A stretch of 42,689 nucleotides of DNA, from positions 61,604 through 104,292 of the forward strand of contig NVXB01000001.1 in NCBI GenBank assembly GCA_002746425.1, read 5' to 3'. Shown one piece after another: positions 14,795 to 23,456 of this stretch (within the stretch, counting starts at the first letter, position 1; the number at the start of each line of letters is the position of its first letter). This DNA is from Hyphomicrobiales bacterium. Its GTDB lineage: Bacteria > Pseudomonadota > Alphaproteobacteria > Rhizobiales > GCA-2746425. The notes below the pieces were generated by a model. It had not been told where the DNA came from, did no database searches, and worked only from the letters and a program-made list of their open reading frames with translations. Made by a program: the position numbers and the translations under genes.

Positions 14795-14809
14795 AAAATA
14801 TTATTCTTA

Positions 14810-16102
14810 TTAGATAATATTTGAGATATTAACTCTACGGTAGTAGACATTAGAATTAGCTTCAAGTGCACCATTAGAAACTGCAGAACCTTTAGAGAAA
14901 GGATTAGCAGCCATAGCATATCTTGTCTTGTAACCAATTTTTGGAGTGAAGGCATCTGAATCAACTGCTCTAACTTTCTGAAGAGGAGTATATGGGCAGT
15001 AGAACATACCAGCATCAAGAGCATTTGCACCTTTATAACCAATAACACAGAAGTCAGCAGCAGCATATGGATCAATGTAGACTTTAGTTCCACCAGAAAG
15101 TGTTCCAGCGAAAGTAACTCCAGTATCATCAATATTAAGCTTATTAGCAGCTTCATTAAATTTAAGTGTTCCAGCCATTCTTAGTGCAGAAGCAACGTTT
15201 GAAGAAGTAATGATAATATTACCACGTCCTCTACGTGTTTGTTTAGCAATAACATGAGCTTCGGTTTCAAGGAAGAAGTGAAGACCTGCGAATTTTTCAC
15301 CCATCCAACGACCGTTAGAATCAGTGTCTAAATCATATACACCAGCAGTAGTAGTACCGGTTTGGGCACCTTCAACAGCGCAGATATAAACTGAACGAAC
15401 AATTTCTCTATTAATATCTGAGATTAATTCAGTTGAGAGAATATCAGATAATTCTTTTTCAGCTTCCATTCCGTGAATAGCTTTTAAATCCTGCGCCATT
15501 TCATGAGTGTATTCAGCTTTAAGAGCTCTTGAACCAGCAGTAATAGCAAAATTTTCAATGCTGAAAGACATTTCAGCAAAAGCAGCATTACCTGAAGTAC
15601 CAAGTGCTTCAGCTTGTACTAAACTCATTGCACCGCCAAAGTTATATGCCTGTGTATTACCAGAAGGTGCAGTACCAACATTAAGACTTGCATCGCCTAG
15701 AATTGAAGTATTACCACCAGTAATACCAGAGAAACCAGTATTTGCTTCATTATAGAATGCTTCAGCCCCTGACTGATTAACATACTTTGAGCGCATTGCG
15801 AACACTTGACCAGTTGGACCAGTCATTGGCTGAACACCTAAGATGTCATAAGCAATAAGCTTAGGAGCTGCTCTACGGATAAGCGAAATAAGTACTGGAT
15901 CATAATTACTAATTCCACCAGTATTAGTAGCGGGAGCTGCTTCTGTTAATACTCCGCTTTCGCCTGATGCGATCATTTTTTCCGTGTTTTCTAAAAGCTG
16001 AGCAGTAACAGCCATTCTTTCAGCACCGTCAATAACACCTTGGCTATTGTCTTCTAAAAGGTCTTTCCATTTTTTAATAATTTCTTCTTTTACCAATGCC
16101 AT
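14810..16102 (-). CDS. gp23: major capsid protein (T4 gp23-like)
   Basis: Collinear with T4 gp23: 'KWKDLLE', 'RRAAPKLIAYDILGVQPMTGPTGQVFAMRS', 'LKAEYTHEMAQDLKAIHGM', 'QTRRGRGNIIITS', 'GYKGANALDAGMFYCPY' and 'GYKTRYAMAANPF'. Confidence 0.95.
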   Translation of the reverse strand: MALVKEEIIKKWKDLLEDNSQGVIDGAERMAVTAQLLENTEKMIASGESGVLTEAAPATNTGGISNYDPVLISLIRRAAPKLIAYDILGVQPMTGPTGQVFAMRSKYVNQSGAEAFYNEANTGFSGITGGNTSILGDASLNVGTAPSGNTQAYNFGGAMSLVQAEALGTSGNAAFAEMSFSIENFAITAGSRALKAEYTHEMAQDLKAIHGMEAEKELSDILSTELISDINREIVRSVYICAVEGAQTGTTTAGVYDLDTDSNGRWMGEKFAGLHFFLETEAHVIAKQTRRGRGNIIITSSNVASALRMAGTLKFNEAANKLNIDDTGVTFAGTLSGGTKVYIDPYAAADFCVIGYKGANALDAGMFYCPYTPLQKVRAVDSDAFTPKIGYKTRYAMAANPFSKGSAVSNGALEANSNVYYRRVNISNII

Positions 16103-16126
16103 TGTTATGACTCCTTATTTTATTTT

Positions 16127-16134
16127 TATTTATA
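16127..16134 (-). promoter_or_regulatory. T4-type late promoter TATAAATA upstream of gp23
   Basis: The - strand reads TATAAATA 25 nt upstream of the gp23 ATG, in the 36-nt gp22-gp23 gap and followed by an AAGGAG RBS. Confidence 0.65.
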
Positions 16135-16138
16135 AATT

Positions 16139-17014
16139 TTAGCTTTTTGAACTCATGTCGTTTGCTGCTTTAATGTATTTAGACATTAAAGAACCTGAAG
16201 CATTTTCTTCAAGCGGTACAGCAGTCACTTCTAACAACTGATCTTCTTTAGTTGTTTTAGTAGGTACGATGCTTTCTTTAAGAACTAATGCAGCTTTATT
16301 GAAATCTTCTTCGTTATTAAAAGAAACATGTTCAACAAGTTTAGCTAATTTTTCTTTAGATACATCATCTAAATCTTCAGAAAGTTCTTCTAAAGCTTTA
16401 TTTTTTACATGAGATTCAAGCAATTTCTTATCAGCAATAGTTGCTTCTAATGACTCATTTAATTCAGTTTCAAGTTCAGAAACTCTTTCAGTTAAAGTTT
16501 CAACAATATCAACTTTATCTGCTGGAATATCAATATTATGTTCACTTAAAACAGTCTTAAGATCATCAATTAATGATTCGGCGATTTCGCTTTTAATACC
16601 ATTTTCGATAGCGAGTTCGTTTTCTTCCATATATTTTTCAGTGAAAATATCAAGATAATCAGAAAGTTTTTCTTCCAATTCTTCGACAGCTTCAGAAAGT
16701 TTTTCTACATTCTCAGCTTCAAGTTCTTCTTTAATTTCTGTAATTTTAAGAGATACAGCACCTTCAAAAAGAGTAAAAGCATCATCCTGGAAATCTTCAG
16801 ATAAATTAGCACCTTTAAATAAAAGATCTAAATCTTCTTTTCTAACTTTCCCAGCAGGAGAAACTTCAGCTTTTTGAGCAACTGATTTATCAGCCTTTTC
16901 AGCTTGTTTCTTATCAGCAGGTCGTTTGTGATTAGCACCACCTGCAGGAGCAACAACACCAGCAGCTGCAGAATCGTCGTGTGTAGACTTTACTTGTCCT
17001 TTTTCATCTTTCAT
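16139..17014 (-). CDS. gp22: prohead scaffolding core protein (T4 gp22-like)
   Basis: Acidic protein rich in coiled coil, located between the protease and the major capsid gene. Confidence 0.75.
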   Translation of the reverse strand: MKDEKGQVKSTHDDSAAAGVVAPAGGANHKRPADKKQAEKADKSVAQKAEVSPAGKVRKEDLDLLFKGANLSEDFQDDAFTLFEGAVSLKITEIKEELEAENVEKLSEAVEELEEKLSDYLDIFTEKYMEENELAIENGIKSEIAESLIDDLKTVLSEHNIDIPADKVDIVETLTERVSELETELNESLEATIADKKLLESHVKNKALEELSEDLDDVSKEKLAKLVEHVSFNNEEDFNKAALVLKESIVPTKTTKEDQLLEVTAVPLEENASGSLMSKYIKAANDMSSKS

Positions 17015-17044
17015 TATTTTCTCCTAGTATTTCAATTTTTTATT

Positions 17045-17052
17045 TATTTATA
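17045..17052 (-). promoter_or_regulatory. T4-type late promoter TATAAATA upstream of gp22
   Basis: The - strand reads TATAAATA 31 nt upstream of the gp22 ATG, in the intergenic gap and followed by an AGGAG RBS. Confidence 0.6.
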
Positions 17053-17054
17053 AT

Positions 17055-17696
17055 TTATAGCGTTTTGAGAAATTTCTCAAAGTTTTCTAAGATTTCTTCT
17101 TCAGTTAAATTGGCTTTATCTAAATCTTCTTTAATTTCTTCTAAAACCATTCTTTTTAGTTCACTACCTTCATAAATCCATTCAACGTTTTCCATAATGC
17201 CGTTAACCCAAGCACCCTGAGCAGATGGTTGAGCGACAATATCTATAGTGTTAAGAACAAAATCTTCCTGAACAACCATCACACCGCCAGATGGTTTTAC
17301 AGAACCTAAACCTCTGGTAGAAACTCCTAATGATGCACCACCTTCAATTAATTTTCTAGCGATATTACCCATCGGGGTATCAAGAATTTTAGCTTTACCG
17401 TAAAAATCAGAGCCATCTTTTTTCATTTCTACGATCATATGAGACACTTTGTCTAAATTAATTGTAGGACCAGACGGATGATTCAATTCACCTAATGAGC
17501 GATTTTTAAGAATAAAATTTTCATTATATGAATTCATTTGCTTTTCTAAAATTGCAGATGGATAAATTCTACCATTTTTATTAGGTTTATCACCCTGCAT
17601 GAACAAACCTTCGATATAAAGATTGGATTGCTTTCCCTCTTCGAGAGTTTCAGTAATACATTTAACATCAAAATTTTCTTCAGTAATAAGTTTCAT
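17055..17696 (-). CDS. gp21: prohead core protease (T4 gp21-like)
   Basis: 213 aa. It has 'GELNHP' and 'GVSTRGLGS' motifs similar to T4 gp21, in the conserved position. Confidence 0.85.
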   Translation of the reverse strand: MKLITEENFDVKCITETLEEGKQSNLYIEGLFMQGDKPNKNGRIYPSAILEKQMNSYNENFILKNRSLGELNHPSGPTINLDKVSHMIVEMKKDGSDFYGKAKILDTPMGNIARKLIEGGASLGVSTRGLGSVKPSGGVMVVQEDFVLNTIDIVAQPSAQGAWVNGIMENVEWIYEGSELKRMVLEEIKEDLDKANLTEEEILENFEKFLKTL

Positions 17697-18427
17697 TATT
17701 CTGATTCCTTATGCTCATTTGCTAATGGTTCAGGAATTTTTACTAATAGATTATCTCTAATATTTTCAAGATCTCTATGAATGATTTTCCAATCACAATA
17801 TGTATTATTTTCCTTAATCATTTCAGATAAATCACTAATTTCGTCAATTAAATTCATAGCGCCATGGTAATATAATTCTTTCATATCGCCATATGATTCA
17901 GTAAGCTTAATACTTTTTTTGATGGTATTATAAACATTATTAAGATCATCATCTGAAGGTTGTTTTACGTGTTTGTTTACATATTTATCAATGTACTCCA
18001 GAGCATGAAAATCTATGAATGTGCGTTTAGCTTTAGCATCGCCATATTTTTCTTTTTTAAATTTTGCCTGAAGTTCTTTAGTGAGTTTAGACATCTGAAC
18101 TTTATTGAGGATTAAACCTTCTGTTATATTAGCTCTATTTTTTTTACCAGTAAATGTTCTAAAATCGCCATAAGTTTTTTTCTTAGCGTCTTCTTCATTT
18201 TTTTGAGCGTCTTTTTGCTTCTTGGTCCAATCACCGTTAATACCTTCACCTAATTCATTTTTTCTATCTGCGTCGCGACTTTTATCTTTAGGAGTGTTTT
18301 TTATATCGGTTTTGTTTTCAGGTATATCATGAGTTTTCATACCATTAAGATGAGTTTTTTCAAACTCTTTGTCACCCTTAGACATGAATTTAGCAACTTC
18401 TGTATAAAATTGTTTATAATTTTTCAT
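17696..18427 (-). CDS. hypothetical Lys/Asp-rich protein in the gp68 (prohead core) position
   Basis: The assignment is positional only, between the gp67-like and gp21-like genes. It is much longer than T4 gp68. Confidence 0.35.
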   Translation of the reverse strand: MKNYKQFYTEVAKFMSKGDKEFEKTHLNGMKTHDIPENKTDIKNTPKDKSRDADRKNELGEGINGDWTKKQKDAQKNEEDAKKKTYGDFRTFTGKKNRANITEGLILNKVQMSKLTKELQAKFKKEKYGDAKAKRTFIDFHALEYIDKYVNKHVKQPSDDDLNNVYNTIKKSIKLTESYGDMKELYYHGAMNLIDEISDLSEMIKENNTYCDWKIIHRDLENIRDNLLVKIPEPLANEHKESE

Positions 18428-18436
18428 AGCTAGACC

Positions 18437-18652
18437 TCAATCGTCGTCTTCGTTATCATCATCGCCGTCTTCGTCTTTTTTATCTTTATCTTTTTTCTTA
18501 TCATCATCTTCATCTTCTTTTTTGTTGAAGAAATTATCTTTCTTTTCAGTAATTTCGTCCGCAATACGCTCATTGATAAGATTATCAAAAGTTTTGCGAG
18601 CCGTAACCCCATCACCTTCTAAAATTTCGTCTATAAGATTTTTTATTGACAT
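18437..18652 (-). CDS. gp67: prohead core protein (T4 gp67-like)
   Basis: 71 aa. The N-terminal 'LEGDGVTARKTFDNLINERI' resembles T4 gp67 'SNDLVAARKLFAEAM', and there is a poly-acidic/lysine C-terminal tail. Confidence 0.65.
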   Translation of the reverse strand: MSIKNLIDEILEGDGVTARKTFDNLINERIADEITEKKDNFFNKKEDEDDDKKKDKDKKDEDGDDDNEDDD

Positions 18653-18685
18653 TTTTAATCTCCTATTTTATAATTATTTATTAAA

Positions 18686-20269
18686 TTATTGATTTACATC
18701 TACTTTATTATCTACAGGAGATGCTTTAATTTCACCATCTTCAGGAATTCCCTGTATATTGATGGTTTTTCTTTCATCATCTTCTTTATAATTTTCGCTT
18801 TTAATTTGTTTTTCTGATTCTGTTATGTCTTCCTGTGACATTTTAAGAACATTCCTTTGAATGTATTCTTTAGAGAAATATATTCCTTTGTAATTCTCTG
18901 CTTCTCTAAGAATATCGAGACGTGCAGTTAAAATTTCTTGTTCTTTGTTTTCCGCAAATAAGTTATCAGCCGAGAATTCAAATGAAATATTGTTTTTTAT
19001 CTTGTCGAATTCATCTAGCGTGATAATATTTTTAAGTGTAAGCTGTCGTCTTAAAATTTTAATGAAGAGTGTTGAAAAACGTTTTCTTAATCTTCCTATA
19101 AATTTAGCAAATTTAACTTCATCTCTAGAAATTTCTGTCTGTTTACCAAATGAGAATGCAGCACCCTGTTCAAATCTAGAAATAGGAATATTAAGAGATC
19201 GATATAATTTGTTAAGGAAATATTGTACTTCTTCCATTTCGCCTAAATTCTGGCCGCCCGGTAAAGTAGTAATTTCAGTTGCTTTGCCGTCAGATCTTCT
19301 GGGTAGAATGTAATCTTCTGACATAGTCATGAATTTACGATCATCTCTAATTTCACCGGTGCTTTGATCGTAAATAAGCTTGTTTTTATATTTTGTAGCT
19401 ACTTCTTTAAGATATTGTTCAGCCTTTGCTTTAGGTAAATTACCAACATCAACATAGAAAATTCTTCTTTCAGGCGCTCTAACAATTCTATAAATGATTG
19501 TTGAATCTTCAAGAGATTTCAATTGATTTAATGGTCTAATTGCTTTTTGGAGATGTGACTGGATTACTGTGTTATTGTGATTCATTAAACCAGATGTGAT
19601 GTGTATCACAGAATCTTCTGCAAACTTAACAACATTCAGACCCAGGTCGGTTCCAGACATGAAGTTATTCTTAGAGAAACCAGTAGGTGAATATATAAAA
19701 TATTCATTTACAATTTCTTGTGTTATAGCCTGTGCTCTGCCTTGTTCGTTTTTTACTTCTTTGATTTTTCGTATAGTACGAGGATCGATGTATCTAATTT
19801 CATTAATACCTTCGTTCTTATAATTATCTTCATCAATATGAATTTGATAATTTAATCTACCATCTACATACCATTTTCTAGCAATTTCATATGCAGAATT
19901 ATTAAAATCCAATAAACTAAGAACTGTATTAAATTCTTCTGTGATTTTTTTCTTAATACTATCGCTATATTTTAAATTATCTAAATTAATTTCTACAATG
20001 TCATTAATTTTTTCTACACTCATCATTTCATTAACAATGTCATCAATTGCATAATCTATTTCAGGTATTTGTGCTATTTCTCTGTACTTAGTAATTAGTT
20101 CAGTTTCAGAACTAATTGTAGCGTCAAAATTAGCTGTAACGCCATAAATATCTGTTGCACCGGGTGCCCAGTTTTTTTCGATAATTAAGGAACCCTCATC
20201 ATCTATCGCAGGGATAGGTGACTTAATTTCCTTTTTATCTTTTTCTAATTTCCAGCCGAATAATTCCAT
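18686..20269 (-). CDS. gp20: portal vertex protein (T4 gp20-like)
   Basis: Collinear with T4 gp20: 'LEDSTIIYRIVRAPERRIFYVDVGNLP', 'MSEDYILPRRSDGKATEITTLPGGQNLGEMEEVQYF' and 'RDEVKFAKFIGRL'. Confidence 0.95.
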   Translation of the reverse strand: MELFGWKLEKDKKEIKSPIPAIDDEGSLIIEKNWAPGATDIYGVTANFDATISSETELITKYREIAQIPEIDYAIDDIVNEMMSVEKINDIVEINLDNLKYSDSIKKKITEEFNTVLSLLDFNNSAYEIARKWYVDGRLNYQIHIDEDNYKNEGINEIRYIDPRTIRKIKEVKNEQGRAQAITQEIVNEYFIYSPTGFSKNNFMSGTDLGLNVVKFAEDSVIHITSGLMNHNNTVIQSHLQKAIRPLNQLKSLEDSTIIYRIVRAPERRIFYVDVGNLPKAKAEQYLKEVATKYKNKLIYDQSTGEIRDDRKFMTMSEDYILPRRSDGKATEITTLPGGQNLGEMEEVQYFLNKLYRSLNIPISRFEQGAAFSFGKQTEISRDEVKFAKFIGRLRKRFSTLFIKILRRQLTLKNIITLDEFDKIKNNISFEFSADNLFAENKEQEILTARLDILREAENYKGIYFSKEYIQRNVLKMSQEDITESEKQIKSENYKEDDERKTINIQGIPEDGEIKASPVDNKVDVNQ

Positions 20270-20286
20270 ATTTTAAATGCTCTCTT

Positions 20287-20574
20287 TTATTTCTTTTTTC
20301 TTTTATCCAAAAAAGTTCTTAATAATTTGTTATCTTCTGCATTTTTAGAATTTGCTACGATGGTATCAGCAAATCCTCTATGCATAGTCTGAAAGCTATC
20401 GACAAAATCTCTAAATTCTTTTTGCATTTGTTTGAATTCTTTTCTGTCAAAGAGAGGATCTCTAGAAATAATTCGAAAAAAATCTTTACTAATCAGATCA
20501 TCAATATCATCTAATTTATCTTCTAATTTGTCGAAAGCTTTAGCTGTACCTGGATCTAATTCACCAAATGCCAT
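20287..20574 (-). CDS. hypothetical protein between the tail tube and portal genes
   Basis: 95-aa charged helical ORF, translationally coupled to gp19. It has no T4 counterpart at this position. Confidence 0.5.
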   Translation of the reverse strand: MAFGELDPGTAKAFDKLEDKLDDIDDLISKDFFRIISRDPLFDRKEFKQMQKEFRDFVDSFQTMHRGFADTIVANSKNAEDNKLLRTFLDKRKKK

Positions 20575-21122
20575 TAGCTACCACCAGCATCACCGGTAGT
20601 TCCGGATACGACGATAGCATCAGAACATGCCCATGTAACTTGGAATTCTTCGATAGTATCATTCTGATCCCATCCAAGTTCGATTGTTGCAATATCCATC
20701 GGCCAAATGTTATTAATTTCATATACTCTAAGGACACTTCCATCTTTACCAAACTGTCGTAACGTAGCCTGTGAAATATAATTTGAAGGTGAAGAACCCA
20801 GGGTAGCTAAATTGCCCTGTTGCGAATTGATAGCATTAGACCAAGTTTCCATAGCATTACGAATATCGAATGTTTCATCATTGATAATTGTCGTAACCCA
20901 ATCTTCTACAACTCTATCGCCAGGCAATGGGATTTTTCTGCCAAAATATGGAACTTCAATTTTACCGATATTATGACCAGGAATTTGAGATGCTTTTGCC
21001 ATAAAAGGCACTTTAATATCTGCAATTGAAGAAACTGGATTAGTAATTACAACTTCAAAGAGGGTAGGGCGAGCGCCGCCACCTGTTAACTCAGCTCTTA
21101 TTTTATTAATGTTGAATGCCAT
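20574..21122 (-). CDS. gp19: tail tube protein (T4 gp19-like)
   Basis: 'GGGARPTLFEVVI' (T4 'ARPNLFQVEI'), 'GDRVVEDWVTTIINDE' (T4 'GDRTFDDWTVTVMNDE') and 'LGWDQNDTIEEFQVT'. Confidence 0.9.
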   Translation of the reverse strand: MAFNINKIRAELTGGGARPTLFEVVITNPVSSIADIKVPFMAKASQIPGHNIGKIEVPYFGRKIPLPGDRVVEDWVTTIINDETFDIRNAMETWSNAINSQQGNLATLGSSPSNYISQATLRQFGKDGSVLRVYEINNIWPMDIATIELGWDQNDTIEEFQVTWACSDAIVVSGTTGDAGGS

Positions 21123-21156
21123 CGAAAATGATCTCCTTATTTTGTCATTTTATTGA

Positions 21157-21164
21157 TATTTATA
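21157..21164 (-). promoter_or_regulatory. T4-type late promoter TATAAATA upstream of gp19
   Basis: The - strand reads TTTTTTATAAATATCAATAAAA. This 22-nt block is identical to the one upstream of gp18. Confidence 0.65.
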
Positions 21165-21174
21165 AAAAAAACTG

Positions 21175-21203
21175 TTTACAATAGCATCCTAATAGTATAT
21201 TTA
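21175..21203 (+). promoter_or_regulatory. sigma70-like promoter for the + strand cassette (TTTACA-N15/17-TATATT/TATTTA)
   Basis: It has cTGTTTACA at 21173-21180 and TATATT at 21196-21201 or TATTTA at 21198-21203. It lies about 20 nt upstream of the ATG at 21223, in a divergent intergenic region. Confidence 0.5.
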
Positions 21204-21222
21204 AATATTAGGAGATTATATT

Positions 21223-21606
21223 ATGATTATTTATAGAGTGCAAAATTCAGCTGGCGCCGGCCCTTATACATCAGGGTGGCATCCGCCATCAACAAAATCT
21301 AATGTATTTATTAATGACGTTCATCCTGACCCATATGACGATGATCTTTTATTTGCTTTTTTGGAAAATAAAAATATATACGATTTTAAATTTGCTTTTT
21401 ATAGTTTAAAACAAGCATCTGAATGGATAAATGGTTGGTCAAATGTTTCTATTCATGAGTTATCAGATGTAAAATTCAAATTCTATAGTTTAGAAATAGA
21501 TAGTGATGATGTTATCGCGGGTGAAAAACAATGTATTTATCATAAAAATAGTACAATTGAAATAATAAATTCCGTCCCACTTATGGAGATTTACAATGAA
21601 AACTGA
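21223..21606 (+). CDS. hypothetical protein
   Basis: AGGAG RBS upstream. It is the first gene of an opposite-strand cassette between gp19 and gp18. Confidence 0.55.
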   Translation: MIIYRVQNSAGAGPYTSGWHPPSTKSNVFINDVHPDPYDDDLLFAFLENKNIYDFKFAFYSLKQASEWINGWSNVSIHELSDVKFKFYSLEIDSDDVIAGEKQCIYHKNSTIEIINSVPLMEIYNEN

Positions 21607-21925
21607 AATTACAGAAGAAGATCGCAAACCCATATTAATTCGTGATAAAAGTAAAGATATTTGGCTAGGAGAAATAGATACAGGTTATACTCTATCTGCT
21701 TTAAGCGAAAAATATGGTAAAGAATCTGTGCTTTATGTAGAAGAAAACTATGAGGGCGTTGATGCATATATCACAACTTTTAGACTTGAGACTGATAAAG
21801 AAAACGCAGCACGCATAAAATCATTAATTCATTTAATAGATAAAAATAAACAAGCTATTATTAAAAAAATAGAAAAAAAGGAAAAAGAATTGCAGGAGCT
21901 TAAAAGCCAAATTGATAAAAACTAA
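21596..21925 (+). CDS. hypothetical coiled-coil protein
   Basis: Overlaps the upstream gene end. The C-terminus is charged. Confidence 0.5.
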   Translation: MKTEITEEDRKPILIRDKSKDIWLGEIDTGYTLSALSEKYGKESVLYVEENYEGVDAYITTFRLETDKENAARIKSLIHLIDKNKQAIIKKIEKKEKELQELKSQIDKN

Positions 21926-23456
21926 ATATATTACTTTAAAAAGTAATTCTCCTCTTAAATCATATTATAAGGGCTTGGGATATAATGTTTCTCAGGCCTT
22001 TATCGATGTTGAAATCTCCCATTTAAAAAAAGAATCCAATTATTATGTAGATTGTGCATGTGATTTATGTGATAGCGAATATAAACAAAGATTTTCTAGA
22101 AATACTGGTGTGTGTTCGAAGTGTCGCAATAAAGTAAAGAAAAAATTTAAAAAATCTGATAATAGCTTAAAATATTCTGATTTTAAGAATTGGGAAGAAG
22201 ATATACGAAAATTTACAACAAAAAAAGATGCAATCGAATTTCTGAATAGCAAATATAAAATTAGTTTAAATTATTCTACTTTTAATGAAGTTCTTAAACG
22301 TTTAGGAATTGAGCTTCTTCCTATTTCTAAAATTTTAAAAGAAACCATTATACCATCTGAAATAGCATTAAAATATAATATTACCACAACTCGTGTAAAT
22401 TCTATTTTCAAAACAAATAATGTAGAACGGCCGACATCAAAGAGAGAATTTAACCGTAATATTATCATTAGGGATTGGTCATTAATTGAAACACTTAATG
22501 CCTCTTTCGATATTCCTACTATTATCGAGAAATTAAATTACGATTTTTCAGAAACTCTACTTAGAAACTCATTCTATGAAAGGAATATCCCAATAATTCA
22601 ACACTCTTATAACAAATCTAAGGGAGAAATTGAATTATTAGAATGGATAAAATCTCTAGGAGTAGATTGTAAATCTATTAAATTTAAAACCTCCGGTGGC
22701 CTAAAAGAAATAGATTGTTATTGCCCCGATTATAAATTTGGTATAGAGTATTGCGGTTTATGGCATCATTCTTATAATAGCGGAAAACCAAAACGATATC
22801 ATTTAGAAAAATCATTTCTCATGAAAGAAGAACATGATATTCAGATATTTACCATATTTGAAAATGAATGGATTAATTCTAAAAATTTAATAAAAAATAT
22901 GATTAAATCACGCCTTCAAATGAATAAGAAAATTTTTGCCAGAAAATGTACCGCAAGAAATATAACAGCGGCAGAAGCCAGAAAATTCCATAATAAAAAT
23001 CATATTTCTGGGTATGTAAATAGTTCTATAAACGTAGGCTTATATTATGAGAATATGTTAGTTTCATGTATGTCATTTTCTAAATCTAGATATGATAAAA
23101 ATTATGAATATGAAATTACTAGAATGAGTTTTTTACAAGGACATACCATAGTTGGTGGTGCATCTAAAATGTTTAAATTTTCTGGCATTAAATCAATTAT
23201 GACATTCGCTGATTTTAGGTTTGGCGAAGGGAAAGTATATGAAAAATTAGGTTTTAAAAATGTTGGTTTATCTGCGCCTAATTATTTTTATAATAAAAAG
23301 GGAACTATGAAATTAGAATCTAGAATAAAATATCAAAAACATAAGTTGAAAAATATATTAGATGTCTATGACGAAAATTTATCTGAACAAAAAAATATGG
23401 TCAGAAATAATTTCCTGACCATATATGACTGTGGTAATTATAAGTGGGTTATTTAA
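21912..23456 (+). CDS. putative free-standing homing endonuclease (Hef/Vsr-like nuclease core with zinc finger and HTH-like repeats)
   Basis: TTG start, with no in-frame ATG for about 300 codons. It has an N-terminal 'CACDLCDSEY..CSKCRNK' zinc finger and three HTH-like modules. The nuclease-like core is 'LKEIDCYCPDYKFGIEYCGLWHH'. The C-terminal domain is 'ARKCTARNITAAEARKFHNKNHISG...GGASKMFKF'. It sits between two highly conserved genes. Confidence 0.45.
   Translation: MIKTKYITLKSNSPLKSYYKGLGYNVSQAFIDVEISHLKKESNYYVDCACDLCDSEYKQRFSRNTGVCSKCRNKVKKKFKKSDNSLKYSDFKNWEEDIRKFTTKKDAIEFLNSKYKISLNYSTFNEVLKRLGIELLPISKILKETIIPSEIALKYNITTTRVNSIFKTNNVERPTSKREFNRNIIIRDWSLIETLNASFDIPTIIEKLNYDFSETLLRNSFYERNIPIIQHSYNKSKGEIELLEWIKSLGVDCKSIKFKTSGGLKEIDCYCPDYKFGIEYCGLWHHSYNSGKPKRYHLEKSFLMKEEHDIQIFTIFENEWINSKNLIKNMIKSRLQMNKKIFARKCTARNITAAEARKFHNKNHISGYVNSSINVGLYYENMLVSCMSFSKSRYDKNYEYEITRMSFLQGHTIVGGASKMFKFSGIKSIMTFADFRFGEGKVYEKLGFKNVGLSAPNYFYNKKGTMKLESRIKYQKHKLKNILDVYDENLSEQKNMVRNNFLTIYDCGNYKWVI

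Noticed and set aside
14701-15156. 151-aa - strand ORF, plus the 15507..15755 + strand ORF
   Set aside because: Both are alternative-frame or antisense ORFs inside the major capsid gene. They have no RBS, and the Leu-rich composition is an artefact.
18430-18615. 61-aa Lys-rich - strand ORF
   Set aside because: It is an alternative frame of the gp67-like gene, whose acidic/lysine tail gives low-complexity ORFs in other frames.
18664-18672. TATAAAATA on the - strand upstream of the gp67-like gene
   Set aside because: It has one extra A relative to the late-promoter consensus. It could be a weak late promoter, but the evidence is insufficient.
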